Shown: positions 1-11,625 of the stretch, piece after piece
Layout: each line of letters begins with the position of its first letter
How positions within the stretch are numbered: the stretch's first letter is position 1
Origin: Macrostomum lignano
Taxonomy: Eukaryota
DNA: 64,000 bases
Direction: 5' to 3'
NCBI GenBank assembly: GCA_002269645.1
Contig: NIVC01001021.1
Span: forward strand, 310,001 to 374,000
Position numbers and translations under genes: made by a program
Notes under the pieces: model-generated
Told to the model about the DNA's origin: nothing
What the model saw: only the letters and a program-made list of their open reading frames with translations
Databases searched by the model: none

Positions 1-2726
1 CTGCAGGCTCATTCCATATAAGCATGGTCGTAACATGACAGGTTATTTTTACTTATAAAATGAAATCTAATAATAGAATATACTAAACCAATATTTTAAA
101 TGAAAGATTATTTTGTCTAGAATATATTTATAGAGTTTCATATAGATATCATCATTAGTATAGATGCTATTAAACCTTAAATGACACTTATGGTTGTAAC
201 GACAGGATTTTTGACATATATTTAGAAACTAAAAGGTAAAAGTCTTATAACATTTTTCATTTTTTGATATTTTGCATACTCTTTTATTAGAATATATAAA
301 CTCAAAAGGCAACAAAGATACAAAAGAAAAGGCAGCCTTATGGTCGTAACATTATGGTCGTAACATATTTTTTTCTGTCAATTCAGTAACTTTGAGGTAC
401 TAATACATTAAAAATATAATAGATTATTTGGTCACCAATGCTTTTATCTGATGATGAAAGTACTATACTTTTATCTATAGTTTGTTTCAACCTTCAAAAG
501 CTTTCTATTTGTTTTTAAAAGGTACAAAATCTTAATGATGTCTTTTGCTTCGAAAAATGTCCAAATTTTTACAAAAATGACTTTTTGCCAATTGATAACA
601 TACTAATCCAACATTTTATCATTCCTTTATTCTTAGATTGTATATATTGCACAATATAAACATTTGGTAAAAAAATAGGCTAATTAGGCAATGGCAAGCA
701 AAAATATTGACTTTTTTCTATTTTCCAAATATGTCCATCTTATATGGAATGAGCCTGCAACATATTATATATCTTGTAGGTCTAAAAATTTGCATGGCAG
801 ACAAAATGACCAAATTGAAATATTGTACAAAATTACTTTCAATGAATATTAGTAGACACAAAGGAGCAGATAAAACATAGTAGATAAAATCATTGTCAAT
901 TGCCATCTTAACTATATATACCTTTCTAATTTTGATATTCCAAGGCAATATAGTACACAATTATGACCTTATAGTCCTAAGTATATACCCTGCATACCCA
1001 GATTTTTTGCCATGTATGTAGCCTGCAAGAGGTCAGATCAAGGATACACAGTGTGCACCAATAGACTAGAGCTTCTATTGAGATGTCTTGTAGACAGATC
1101 AGGGTTTGGAATAGTATCATATCTATTGATATCTATATTTTACTATCAATACTTTAGTCATTGAGACTTACTGGACTAGGCCTAGGCAAGGCCTAAAAAA
1201 TTAAAATTTGTAAGCATTGTATATGACAACTGTGTCAAGAAAGATGTACTTGAAAACTTTGAGATCATTGACTAGCCTGCACACCTTGGTGTTCTATGTC
1301 TAATTTTGAAGCATTAAAGTACAAAAAGAAACTCAGACCCAGATTTAATGTGCAACTCTCTGGATTAGTGCTAGCATGAATCTAAATAATTGAATTGTCT
1401 TTGCCACCTATCCCCTTCTGCTTATTTCAAACATTGACAATTTATTTTGCTTCCAACTGTGTTTCATTTTTATCTAATAAACTGGTAATGGCAGTATTCT
1501 GTAAGGCAGTAGATATTTAGTCTTTTCAGGTGCAAAGATTTCGCTGCCTGCGATGCCTAGGCCAGATGATTCACAAATTCATCACTGAAAAAAACTTGTA
1601 ATCTAGCAATTTTATCGTCTGGTCTTGTCATTATTCACAGGCTCTGATGACTAGTACCTTGTGTGAGAAAACCACAAGGTATGCTAGAGTACACTAGAGC
1701 TGGCAAGCACTGGCTCAAAGCCACTATCTATTATTGCTGCAATAACATGGAAATCATTCTCGAATGCCAATCTAATCTCAGTCTAAAGCTTAACTCTTCA
1801 TGAGTTGATATTCAGAGTTATGATATTATCTGTGCTTTTTCCTTTAATTAAGCTAGTGTCCCTTCTACTCAATTCTTACTACTTTGAGTAGTTAGACTGC
1901 GTGTACTGTACCATTTATGATCTAGCCAATTGGAAATTGTGTTTCATTAAAAAGTTAAACAGTTTTTTTGGCTAGTGCCAGTGCACTAAATTATGCAATA
2001 CAATACTGGCTGTAAATATAATTTCTAGGAGCAGAATTCGAAGAAATTAGGTCGACAATCCGATATACTTTTAACGAGAAATATATAAATTTTCTATATA
2101 CAAACATGTAATTAGCATTTTGGACAGATTCATACAGTACACATGTAAATCAAGGGAGATTCAGATTTATATAAAAAAAGAGGCACATTCAATGAAAATA
2201 CAGTCAGAAGGGTTCACAGGCAGCGATATGAAATGTTCACAGAAATGATGATGACAGTTTCACAGAGGAAATGGTGAGGCAGTTCTCACAGGCGCTGTGG
2301 CGCAGGTTAGTGTTGGCGTTAAGTATTTTGCACTTTGAAGTTGTGCTTGCCTAAAAACTCTAAGCATATTTTGTTTCATGCATAAACAACAAAAAACCTT
2401 AAACTACGAGTAGTTGTCAAGCGTGTTGCTAAGTTTTTTGTCTCAATATCTATGTTTATAATGCCAAGGTAGTGCTGGTGTAAACAGCTTTAATAACTCA
2501 TCACTGCCAACAGTTCGTCGGTATAATTTTAGAGAGAGAGAAAAGTCCAGTCAGAATTCTTTACGCTCGTAGTGCTATGTTGTTATTCTGTGTGCGAAAT
2601 TTGAAAACAGAATATTTTTGTTTTTTTCCCTAGCTGTTTTTGTTCTTTAAAGGTCGGTGTTTTGTGGTTGTAGCAACTATGAAATAAGTGCGCTTACAGA
2701 TTCACTTGAGTCCACTTCTCTCTCCC

Positions 2727-2757
<31 letters not shown>

Positions 2758-3499
2758 GCAGTTTGTGCAATTTGCTGACGTCATTCCTTTCCAGACTCTT
2801 ATTGCGAACTATTACCACTACAGTCTTGCTGTTTGAATGCCCCAGCTTCTGTATCATATTGTTTCGTATGTATATTCGAGCGTCACTATAGAAAAGACCA
2901 TGGAGTTTTAATATCTTAAATATCTGATTATGGAAAATAGACCCCGAACTATATTCTATCCAAATTCTATACTTTTGAACTCCATGTTTTTGGGCTGTTG
3001 TCTTTACTTCCTTCCTAACCCTACCCTTAAGCCCCCTGTTATTAGCTGCTTTTGAAAAATGGAATACCCTCATTTGTGAGATGTGTGTGTGTGTGAGAGG
3101 GGGGTTGCTAGCTGTTTGCTATATCTATCTACTCGATTAAATTGGCCATCTCACCAGAAAAAGCTCGAGTCTTTCTTTAGGGTCTTTCTTTTGTGCTGCT
3201 TAATAGGGTTAGTAAATATATGAAATGTGGATTGTCACTAAATCAACCGCGAGCTTTGGTGTGTCAGAGAATAAACACAGCCTTTGCGCGTTGGGCTGGC
3301 TGATTGTGCGGTCCGCTAGTAAAAGCAACAGCTGACTAAATGGTAAAGTTTAGATCATTGAATACATTTAATTACTACTCGAGTTAAGCGCGGCGCTCTG
3401 ATTTTCCAACGGCCCAGGCTCGATTCCAAGTGCAGTCACATTAATTTTTGGGCTAAATTGGAATCTCGGCTTGGCTCTGCTCGTGCAATTAACGCCTTT

Positions 3500-3672
3500 T
3501 GAGGGCCAACCGTCCAAGGCGCAGTGAAGTGTACATGCCTAACGATGAAAGTTAGGGGCCGTTGTGCACTCCTGTGTGAGTGTGTGCCTGTGCGTATGAC
3601 TGCGTACGTATCCGCGCGCTTGTGTGCCTGCTCAGGGGGGGGGGGGTCGGCGGAATGGGCAGCTGCCAGCAA
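3500..3672 (-). mobile_element. Diverged 3'-end fragment of a LINE (3' UTR), same family as 50279-51040 and 53930-54145
   Basis: 3500-3572 (gagggccaac..ccaaggc.cag..agtgtacatgcct..gat.aaa.t.agg.gccg.tgt.cac) aligns by eye with 50295-50363. The reverse complement of 3572-3672 shares cccctgagca, gcgcgg..cgtacg and aggcacac blocks with 53975-54060. Confidence 0.65.
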
Positions 3673-5086
3673 TGCCTCTTGCCGGACGGCACCTAACGGC
3701 CCGCCGCTAGCGGAGCCCATCCCACGCTAAAAATAGCCCGTTAACGGGACCCAGCCCACGGTGGGATGGGCTCCCTTAGCGGGGGCCAGCCCACGAGCGG
3801 AGAGGGAGAGGTGGGGTGGGTGTTGGGTGAGTGTGGAACGCCAGTGCACTAGCGTACTAGCACTGTACTAGCAATGAAGCTAGCTGAAAACACTGCACAT
3901 CCGTGACTCATTTCTCGTATATTAATGTATGCTGGATGAAGACGGCTCTTTGTCTTTCCCAACTCTCCCAAAATTAAAAAACTCCTAGAACGCATTTCGT
4001 TTTAAGCTGCAAGGAATTGTATTCTTTAAAGAAACGCGTTTCATTCAACGTATAGTTTCTACTTTTTAATACATATCATTTATCAAACTATTTGACTCAG
4101 TTGAATCTTTAAGATCTTGAGATTTATTCTTAATACGCTCGTAAGGCTTTCGTTATTTCTTTATTCCAAAGGTAAGCAAACGTTGGTTCTTAATTTGCAT
4201 TGTACTCATTGTATTTTCTTTTATGTCTAGCTTATAATTGCAATATGCTAGGAATCTTATATTCTTCCAAAACCTTAAAGGTGGAAATATGGTCAAAGAA
4301 AAATAGTACAGGCGCAAGAAGTGAGGACGACTAGCCATCCATTTCGTTTCAAACGTAAAAGATTTAAAAAAACAAACTTAGCAAAGTAAGGTACTAAGCG
4401 AGTTATTCTAAAATTGACAGACAGGCTAATTTTCTAATTCGCAGAATCGCTGAGTCCCAGTTTTCTAATTTCTATAGATTGGACTTGTCCTTTAGCAGTT
4501 ATCTTTATTTTCAGAATACTCGTATACTGAATCCGTTTGTAAATATTGTCAAAAAAGGCGGAAAAATAAATTTTGAATTTCCGCACAAAGTTAAAAAATT
4601 AGGAATTTGAACAAAATTTAAATTCACGCGGATATTCAAAATCTCACGTTCGTTAAATTCTGGCAATCTGGCGCCCCCTTTGGCACTTCATTGGCCCTGA
4701 AATACTTGAATTGTGGTTGCTGTATGATCTTATTTCCTTTTCTAGTTTAGGAAGTCAAATAAAGAGTAAAGTAGTCAAATAAATTGATCTTATGCTGGAG
4801 TAGAAATAGATACTGAATGTTAGCATTTTAAGCAAAGCGATAATATTGTTTGGAATTCTGTTTACACTAGAGCAAACTGATCTTTCGGACCCGCTCGTAT
4901 TTAAGATAAAACTTTGAAAATAAAACAAAAATGGTAGAAAAGAAACAATTAAAAAGGGATAATAATTACCCAGTGTTGGGCACGATACTCAGAAAAAGTA
5001 TCGGTTAAAAGCGATACTCTGATACCCTGTCTGAAAAAATATCGCCCTTCGATACATATCGGCTGTTTTGTGATTTTAATTTACAG

Positions 5087-6094
5087 TTGCTCAGGTTGCA
5101 CTGAAGTCGCAATCCGCCGCAATCAACCCGCAGGTGACAGAATCCGCTGCCAGCAGACCTCATGGCTGGCTAGCCGTGGTTTGGCTACTCGGGACGCTGT
5201 TCACCTCCCCTGCTGAACGAGGCCATCGCTGATTTTGTCCGCTAAGATGGCGTTCCGCAACGATGGCCGGCCGGCGGCCACGTTCTGATGCTTGGCGGCG
5301 CCGCCTAGTGAGTCATTGCATCCTACCACAACAGATGAGCACATTCCATCCATAATTGACTCGTCTAAAACAAATAGCCCCAGTCGGAATCCATAAATCC
5401 TTATCTGATTACAACTGTATCGTAAATTCTGAATTGTACTTCTGAATTGTACTTCTGAATTGTACTTCTGAATTGTACTTCTGAATTAACACCCCTCGTA
5501 AATTGAATTGCGAAGTATAAAAGTTCAGTAAAACAGAAATACTGAAGTATACTGAACTGACTAAAAATGACACTTTTAAAATATTTCGCAACAGCTGTAG
5601 CCAGGGGCGCGGATTTAGGGGTCTGGTGGGAGCGCCACTCCTCCCAGCGCTCCCTAGGAACTTTTATTACCTGGATACCTAGGTACTTCTTCCTAGGTAC
5701 TAGAATTTACCTTGGCTAGTAATCGACATACTGATTTACTTTGCTAAAATTCTACAGTTTTTGACGCAAGCAAGGCTGGGCCGTTAAATCATTGATGAAA
5801 CAAGTTACAACCTTAGAAACTGTAAATTAATATCACAAAACAGCCGACATGTATCGAAGCAACGAAACTAACCAGTCAAAAACACATTTTGCACTCTCAT
5901 CCAGATTCTGCCCGATCGCTACGAGGGCTTCTAGCGCGCTCTGCCGTTGCCGGAGTGCAGAGGGCGAGATTGCCGCCTGGCCACTCGGCTGCCGGCATTC
6001 TTTGTCCAGCCGGACCTGGAGCCCAGGATGTACAACGCCTATGGCCTGGCCGCTGCAATGTCATAGGGGCACCACAAACCTGCACTTGGATATC
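5087..6094 (+). pseudogene. KDM3: Decayed exon fragments of a KDM3/JMJD1-type JmjC histone demethylase
   Basis: 5905-6094 follows an acceptor (tctcatccag) and reads [41 protein letters not shown], then after a frameshift GTTNLHLDI. This matches KDM3 MPxRFDDLMxNxPLPEY..LASRLPxxFVRPDLGPKMYNAYGL..GTTNLHLD (HxD iron motif); TAG at 5932-5934. 5087-5307 gives PHGWL and, with one frameshift, AFR(Q)RWPAGGHVLMLG (KDM3 PHSWL..IFRECWKQGQPVLVSG), ending at donor GTGAGT 5308. Confidence 0.8.
5431..5487. repeat. Short tandem repeat, 13-bp unit GAATTGTACTTCT (~4 copies)
   Basis: Directly visible tandem copies. Confidence 0.9.
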
Positions 6095-6514
6095 GCCTGG
6101 ATACTTTGGTCACCATAGCAACATTAATAGAAAATGAGAAGCAGATGAATGTTTATTTAAAACCAGTTTGATTACTTTTATCCCAGATTTAGACTATGAA
6201 ACACCCGATGGCCGATATGATACGAACTAAGTTTTGTTATTTTTCAGTTTCAACTGCTCCTGTCTTTTCGTGGTTCATAATTTCAGAATTTAACTAGCAA
6301 TCAGCGCCCCCCCTTGGGGAGCCAAAAAATGCAGTACGAGTTTTTTTAATAAACTACATGTAGATTGTAGTGTCTCTTTGCAATAACCTCAGCAATCGCT
6401 TGTAAGCGTTGACATCTCAGCAATTCCTCCCCCACAAGTCTTAACATATCAAACCCCCCCCCTTGAAATCTGAGCGATGACCCCCATAAGCCTTGAAATC
6501 TTAAAAAATCTGTC

Positions 6515-6546
6515 AACCCTAACCCTAACCCTAACCCTAACCCTAA
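6515..6546 (-). repeat. Interstitial telomeric repeat (TTAGGG)5
   Basis: aaccctaaccctaaccctaaccctaaccctaa on the + strand. Confidence 0.9.
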
Positions 6547-7039
6547 AGCATTGCCATTTTAGTAATTCTCCCCAAGAGTCATTATAACATTACAGCATCT
6601 CAGCAATTCCTCCAAGCCTTGACATCGTAGCGATTCCCAAATGAATCTCCTAACTTCGACATGACTCTTCTTTTATATCTACTTTCATCTGTTTAAAATG
6701 ACGCTTCTTCTATTAGCGCCCCTCGTGGGGAACTAACAAAGAATGTAATAAAAAAGTGAATAAACTACATGTAGCTTCTGAATTTTACCTAGACATCTCA
6801 AAAATCCCTCATAAGCATTTACGAGTACATCTCAGTTATTCCCCGTGAGCCTTAACATCTTAGTAATTCTCATCAAGAGTCACAGCACAGTTTCACGTGA
6901 CTCTTTTTTATTTTGAAATGACGCTACTTTTTGACATGACGCTTCTTTTTACATGATGCTTATTGATTTTTACGTAATGCTTCTATTTTTTTACATTTTT
7001 TTACTTTTTTCATTTTTACATAAAGCTCATTTTCTTTTC

Positions 7040-7715
7040 TACATGACGCCTCTGTTATTTTTACCGGACGCTTTTATGATTTTTTACATGACGCTTCTAT
7101 GATTGTTTACATGACGCTTATATGATTGTTTACATGACGCTTCTATGATTTTTTACATGACGCTTCTATGATTGTTTACATGACGCTTCCATGATTTTTT
7201 ACATGACGCTTCTATGATTTTTACATGACGCTTCTATGATTTTTACATGACGCTTCTATGATTTTTACATGACGCTTCTATGATTGTTTACATGACGCTT
7301 CTATGATTTTTTACATGACGCTTCTATGATTGTTTACATGACGCTTCTATGATTTTTACATGACGCTTCTATGATTTTTACATGACGCTTCTATGATTTT
7401 TTTACATGACGCCTATATGATTGTTTACAGGACGCTTCTATGATTGTTTACATGACGCTTCTATGATTTTTACCGGACGCTTCTATGCTTTTTTACATGA
7501 CGCCTATATGATTTTTTTACATGACGCCTATATGATTGTTTACAGGACGCTTCTATGATTTATTACATTATGCTTGTATGATTTTTACCGGACGCTTCTA
7601 TGCTTTTTTACATGACGCTTCCATGATTGTTGACATGACGCTTCTATGATCGTTTACATGACGCTTCTATGATTGTTTGCATGACGCTTCTTTCATTTAT
7701 ACATGACGCTTCTTT
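7040..7715. repeat. Minisatellite, 22-24-bp unit ACATGACGCTTCTATGATT(T/G)TTT
   Basis: More than 25 tandem copies, preceded from ~6890 by progressively more degenerate copies. Confidence 0.95.
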
Positions 7716-8029
7716 TTTTGCTTTTATTAGCTGTGTTTTGATATTAGAATACACATACAGGCGCAGTCCCAAGGCTTTTTGCCGAATTTTGCGGACACGT
7801 TTGTGGACAAGTCTGGCTTGAGTTTATGGTTTGACAGCCACTTTGACTTGTCATTTTATTCTACCAAAAACCGATTAAAGGCTTTCAAACCTTTCGATAA
7901 AAGGTGCCATAAATATTTATGCGAAGACTACATCTATATTTACTTGTATAGCTAAAGAAACTAGAACGTCAGAAGCTTCCCCTCACCATTCCCCTCTGAG
8001 GGATATAAACAAGTGCATCTTATCAGGGA

Positions 8030-10460
8030 TAAGTAATTAGAAATCGTGGATTCGGATTCCAACATGAGGAACCAGGGATATAAATTTAGAAATCGTGGAT
8101 TCGGATTCCGAAATGAGGAATCAGGGATATGGAATTAAGAATCGTGGATTCAGATTCCAACATGAGGAATCAGGGATATGGATTTAGGAATTGTGGATTC
8201 GGATTCCAACATGAGGAATCAGGGATATGGATTTAGGAATTGTGGATTCGGGTTCCAAAACGAGGAATCAGGGATAGGGATTCGGAATCGGGGATTGAGA
8301 TAAAAAAATGAGCTTCTCACGGTTCTATGATAGCTGGCAGTCTTTCAAACATTTAGAAAAAGGTGCCATAAGCTCCTCTCTGCCTTATGAATTATGATAT
8401 CTGACCCAGTCTTTCAAGTTTCTTGCAAAAGGTGACATATGCTTTTCTGGGAAAGGGAACTAAAAATCGTGGATTCGGATTCCAAAATGAGGAATCGGAA
8501 TATGGAATTAGAAATTGTGGATTAGGGTTCCAAAATGAGGAATCAGGGATATGGAATTAAGAATCGTGGATTCGGATTCCAAAATGAGGAATCGGGGATA
8601 TGGAATTAGAAATTGTGGATTCGGGTTCCAAAATAAGGAATCGGGGATATGGAATTAAGAATCGTGGATTCGGATTCCAACATGAGGAATCAGGGATATG
8701 GAATTAGGAATCGTGGATTCAGATTCCAACATGAGGAATCAGGGATATGGAATTAAGAATCGTGGATTCGGATTCCAAAATGAGGAATCGGGGATATGGA
8801 ATTAGAAATTGTGGATTCGGGTTCCAAAATGAGGAATCGGGGATATGGAATTAAGAATCGTGGATTCGGATTCCAACATGAGGAATCAGGGATATGGAAT
8901 TAGGAATCGTGGATTCAGATTCCAACATGAGGAATCAGGGATATGGAATTAAGAATCGTGGATTCGGATTCCAAAATGAGGAATCAGGGATATGGAATTA
9001 GGAATCGTGGATTCAGATTCCAACATGAGGAATCAGGGATATGGAATTAAGAATCGTGGATTCGGGTTCCAAAACGAGGAATCAGGGATATGGATTTAGG
9101 AATCGTGGATTCGGGTTCCAAAACGAGGAATCAGGGATAGGGATTCGGAATCGGGGATTGAGATTAAAAAATGAGCTTCTCACGGTTCTATGATAGCTGG
9201 CAGTCTTTCAAACATTTAGAAAAAGGTGCCATAAGCTCCTCTCTGCCTTATGAATTATGATAGACGATCCAGTCTTTCAAGTTTCTTGCAAAAGGTGCTA
9301 TATGCCCTTCTGGAAAGGGAATTAAGAATCGTGGATTCGGATTCCAACATGAGGAATCAGGGATATGGAATTAGGAATCGTGGATTCGGATTCCAACATG
9401 AGGAATAAGGGATAGGGATTCGGAATCGGGGATTGAGATTAAAAAATGAGCTTCTCACGGTTCTATGATAGCTGGCAGTCTTTCAAACATTTAGAAAAAG
9501 GTGCCATAATAAGCTCCTCTCTGCCTTATGAATTATGATAGATGATCCAGTCTTTCAAACATTTAGAAAAAGGTGCCATAAGCTCCTCTCTGCCTTATGA
9601 ATTATGATATCTGACCCAGTCTTTCAAGTTTCTTGCAAAAGGTGCCATATGCCCTTCTGGAAAGGGAATTAAGAATCGTGGATTCGGATTCCAACATGAG
9701 GAATCAGGGATATTGAATTAGGAATCGTGGATTCGGATTCCAACATGAGGAATCAGGGATATGGATTTAGGAATTGTGGATTCGGATTCCAAAATGAGGA
9801 ATCAGGGATATGGAATTAGGAATCGTGGATTCGGATTCCAACATGAGGAATCAGGGATATGGAATTAGGAATCGTGGATTCAGATTCCAACATGAGGAAT
9901 CAGGGATATGGAATTAGAAATTGTGGATTCGGGTTCCAAAATGAGGAATCAGGGATATGGAATTAGAAATTGTGGATTCAGATTCCAACATGAGGAATCA
10001 GGGATATGGATTTAGGAATCGTGGATTCGGGTTCCAAAACGAGGAATAAGGGATAGGGATTCGGAATCGGGGATTGAGATTAAAAAATGAGCTTCTCACG
10101 GTTCTATGATAGCTGGCAGTCTTTCAAACATTTAGAAAAAGGTGCCATAATAAGCTCCTCTCTGCCTTATGAATTATGATAGATGATCCAGTCTTTCAAA
10201 CGTTTAGAAAAAGGTGCCATAAGCTCCTCTCTGCCTTATGAATTATGATAGATGATCTAGTCTTTCAAACGTTTAGAAAAAGGTGCCATAAGCTCCTCTC
10301 TGCCTTATGAATTATGATATCTGACCCAGTCTTTCAAGTTTCTCGCAAAAGGTGCCATATGCCCTTCTGGGAAAGGGAATTAAGAATCGTGGATTGAGAT
10401 TAAAAATGAGCTTTTCTAGGTTCTATGATTTCTGGCAGTCTTTCAAACATTTAGACATTC
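8030..10460. repeat. Composite higher-order satellite: runs of a 49-bp GANTC-rich unit alternating with a ~170-300-bp module
   Basis: Unit AATCGTGGATTCGGATTCCAACATGAGGAATCAGGGATATGGAATTAGG. A module starting gagattaaaaaatgagcttctcacgg recurs at ~8295, 9160, 9433, 10076 and partially at 10396, and contains its own ~68-bp sub-repeat in 1-3 copies. Confidence 0.95.
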
Positions 10461-10947
10461 AAACATTAAACATCAAATATTGTTTCATACATTATATATA
10501 CTACACCTTGTGGGATTACACGCAGGTGCGGTTTTAGTTGGGGGGGGGGGTTAAAGGCCTATTCAAAGGCTTAATAAACTTCATTAGGAAGATTTCCGTC
10601 TGCGAAAACTCTGATTCCCGCCCTCATGCGCCCTATCTCCCCCCCTCCCCCCTACTCCTGTAGGTTAGGGTGATGAAAGATCAGAAGAGTGATATACTGT
10701 AAAGGAGAGGATCGCGAGATAGGACAATAGGTAGAGATACAGACTACCTATAGGGTAGGACGAGAGTAGCATGACTGAATGGCCTGGAGGAAGGTGATAA
10801 AAAGCGATAAAAGCGATATGGGCGATTCTGTGTGGCAACATAACTCATCACTAACAGTGCATCGAGTGGGTTAAAGATTAGGACAAAGGCATTACACAAT
10901 TAAGTAGTAAAAGTAAATCATAACTCAATTATAATAACTTCGTAAAT

Positions 10948-11425
10948 CTCAGCAACATCGAAAAGTCGCCATCACAGAAGTCTGTGGTCGTCACTTTTGA
11001 AAGTGCAGGTGAAGTCTCTCAATCTTTGCGAGTGACGCAACGCCACGCGGCAGACTTGAGTTGAGGAATGAAGTGGGGGAGCGGTGTGCGAGGGTTGAAC
11101 GGATTAAAGCAGCGGTTCTCAACCTTTTTTCAGGCGACCCCAATTTATTCACTTGCATCATTTTTAATGTTCGCGACCCCTTTTAAAATTAATATACATG
11201 TAATGCATTATTATGTGTGATAACTCACACATTTCTTCGTGCTGCGACCCCCAGAAAATGGTCACGCAACCCCACTGGGGGTCGCGACCCATAGATTGAG
11301 AACCACTGGATTAAAGCTACCTTGATTAGTTTATATCATATCTTTTATTTATAATATTTTAACTCACTCACTAATAATATATTACTCTCTGGCGCATAGA
11401 GTGGCGACTTTTCAATGTTGCTGAG
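10948..11425. mobile_element. Older inverted-repeat-bounded element hosting the hAT MITE
   Basis: CTCAGCAACATCGAAAAGTCGCCA (10948-10971) versus TGGCGACTTTTCAATGTTGCTGAG (11402-11425): 23/24 inverted match. No clear TSD. Confidence 0.45.
11110..11308. mobile_element. hAT (Buster/Charlie-type) MITE, 199 bp
   Basis: TIRs CAGCGGTTCTCAA / TTGAGAACCACTG; perfect 8-bp TSD GATTAAAG at 11102-11109 and 11309-11316 with central TA (NNNTANNN, the Buster preference); subterminal GCGACCC motifs. Confidence 0.93.
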
Positions 11426-11625
11426 TAACGATATTTAGTAGATCCTGAACTCTCAGCAAACAGTGATCTAGATGGAGTATACCTAATTGAAAAATAATCA
11501 ATAACAAAACAATCAACAATAACAAGTCCGAAAATGACACTTTTGATTTTTATAGTGCCAAATAGATATAAATCTGCGCTGATCCCTGAAGCCATGCCTT
11601 AAAGCCCAAAAACGCTCGGAAAGCT

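Noticed and set aside
3379-3440. Degenerate tRNA/SINE-like head (ggctcgattcc B-box-like)
   Set aside because: Too short and degenerate to support a call.
4971-5060. CAGTGTTGGGCACGATAC, resembling a MITE left end
   Set aside because: No matching right end or TSD found.
8030-10460. CRISPR-like repeat/spacer appearance (also 23849-24836)
   Set aside because: Intervening sequences are themselves repeats rather than unique spacers; no cas genes; eukaryotic context.
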